Part shown: piece after piece, positions 24,470 through 24,554 of the stretch
How positions within the stretch are numbered: the first letter of the stretch is position 1
Layout of the letters: every line of letters begins with the position of its first letter
From: a virus
Taxonomy: Duplodnaviria > Caudoviricetes
IMG/VR virus record: IMGVR_UViG_3300017902_000260
Span: 1-24,554 of that record
DNA length: 24,554 nucleotides
Strand: one strand, 5' to 3'
Notes under the pieces: model-generated
Databases searched by the model: none
What the model was told of the DNA's origin: nothing
Seen by the model: the letters and a program-made list of their open reading frames with translations, nothing else
Program-made: the position numbers and the translations under genes

Positions 24470-24554
24470 TATTTAAAATACTCACTAAAAAGACTTTTGG
24501 TTATGTATTGTGGTCTTCTGTACATGTCTGCTGCTGATACAGGAGCTACTGGAT
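24469..24554 (-). CDS. 3' end of an upstream structural-arm gene (partial, ...PQYITKSLFSEYFK*)
   Basis: Open frame from the window edge to TAA overlapping the adaptor ATG (TAATG). Confidence 0.55.
   Translation of the reverse strand, partial: PVAPVSAADMYRRPQYITKSLFSEYFK

Noticed and set aside
10338-24554. Genome-wide amber (TAG) recoding of late genes
   Set aside because: Genes are intact under code 11, and the TAG at 17026-17028 is followed by an out-of-frame gene.
1-24554. T7-type phage RNA polymerase promoters, tRNAs, introns or inteins
   Set aside because: No recurring ~23-bp promoter, no cloverleaf, and the polymerase, helicase and RNR frames are uninterrupted and of compact length.

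Overview
Fragment of a dsDNA podovirus-type phage genome with a T7-superfamily replisome, probably marine, arranged as two convergent arms. The + arm (1-10450) starts with tiny early ORFs, three of them CxxC..CxxC micro-proteins. A 267-bp regulatory gap follows, then gp2.5-like SSB, gp4-like primase-helicase, family A DNA polymerase (Tyr at the E. coli F762-equivalent site), a Cas4-like PD-(D/E)XK nuclease, gp3-like endonuclease I, a DUF3310 protein and class Ia RNR (nrdA, nrdB), with an AT-rich three-gene insert between nrdA and nrdB. The - arm (24554-10338) encodes tail adaptor and nozzle, two tail fibre plus small-partner pairs, a holin-like gene, a lipoprotein, four putative ejection proteins and a lytic transglycosylase. 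Best leads: (1) a near-consensus Pho box exactly 10 bp upstream of a TATACT -10 in front of the replication operon, followed by a structured ~200-nt leader containing an anti-Shine-Dalgarno; (2) two adjacent putative ejection proteins sharing an N-terminal module but with dissimilar C-termini; (3) an in-frame UAG plus Pro-rich 11-codon bridge from the last ejection gene into the SD-less transglycosylase gene, which is bracketed by 9-bp direct repeats. All family calls are by-eye motif recognition; no searches were run.
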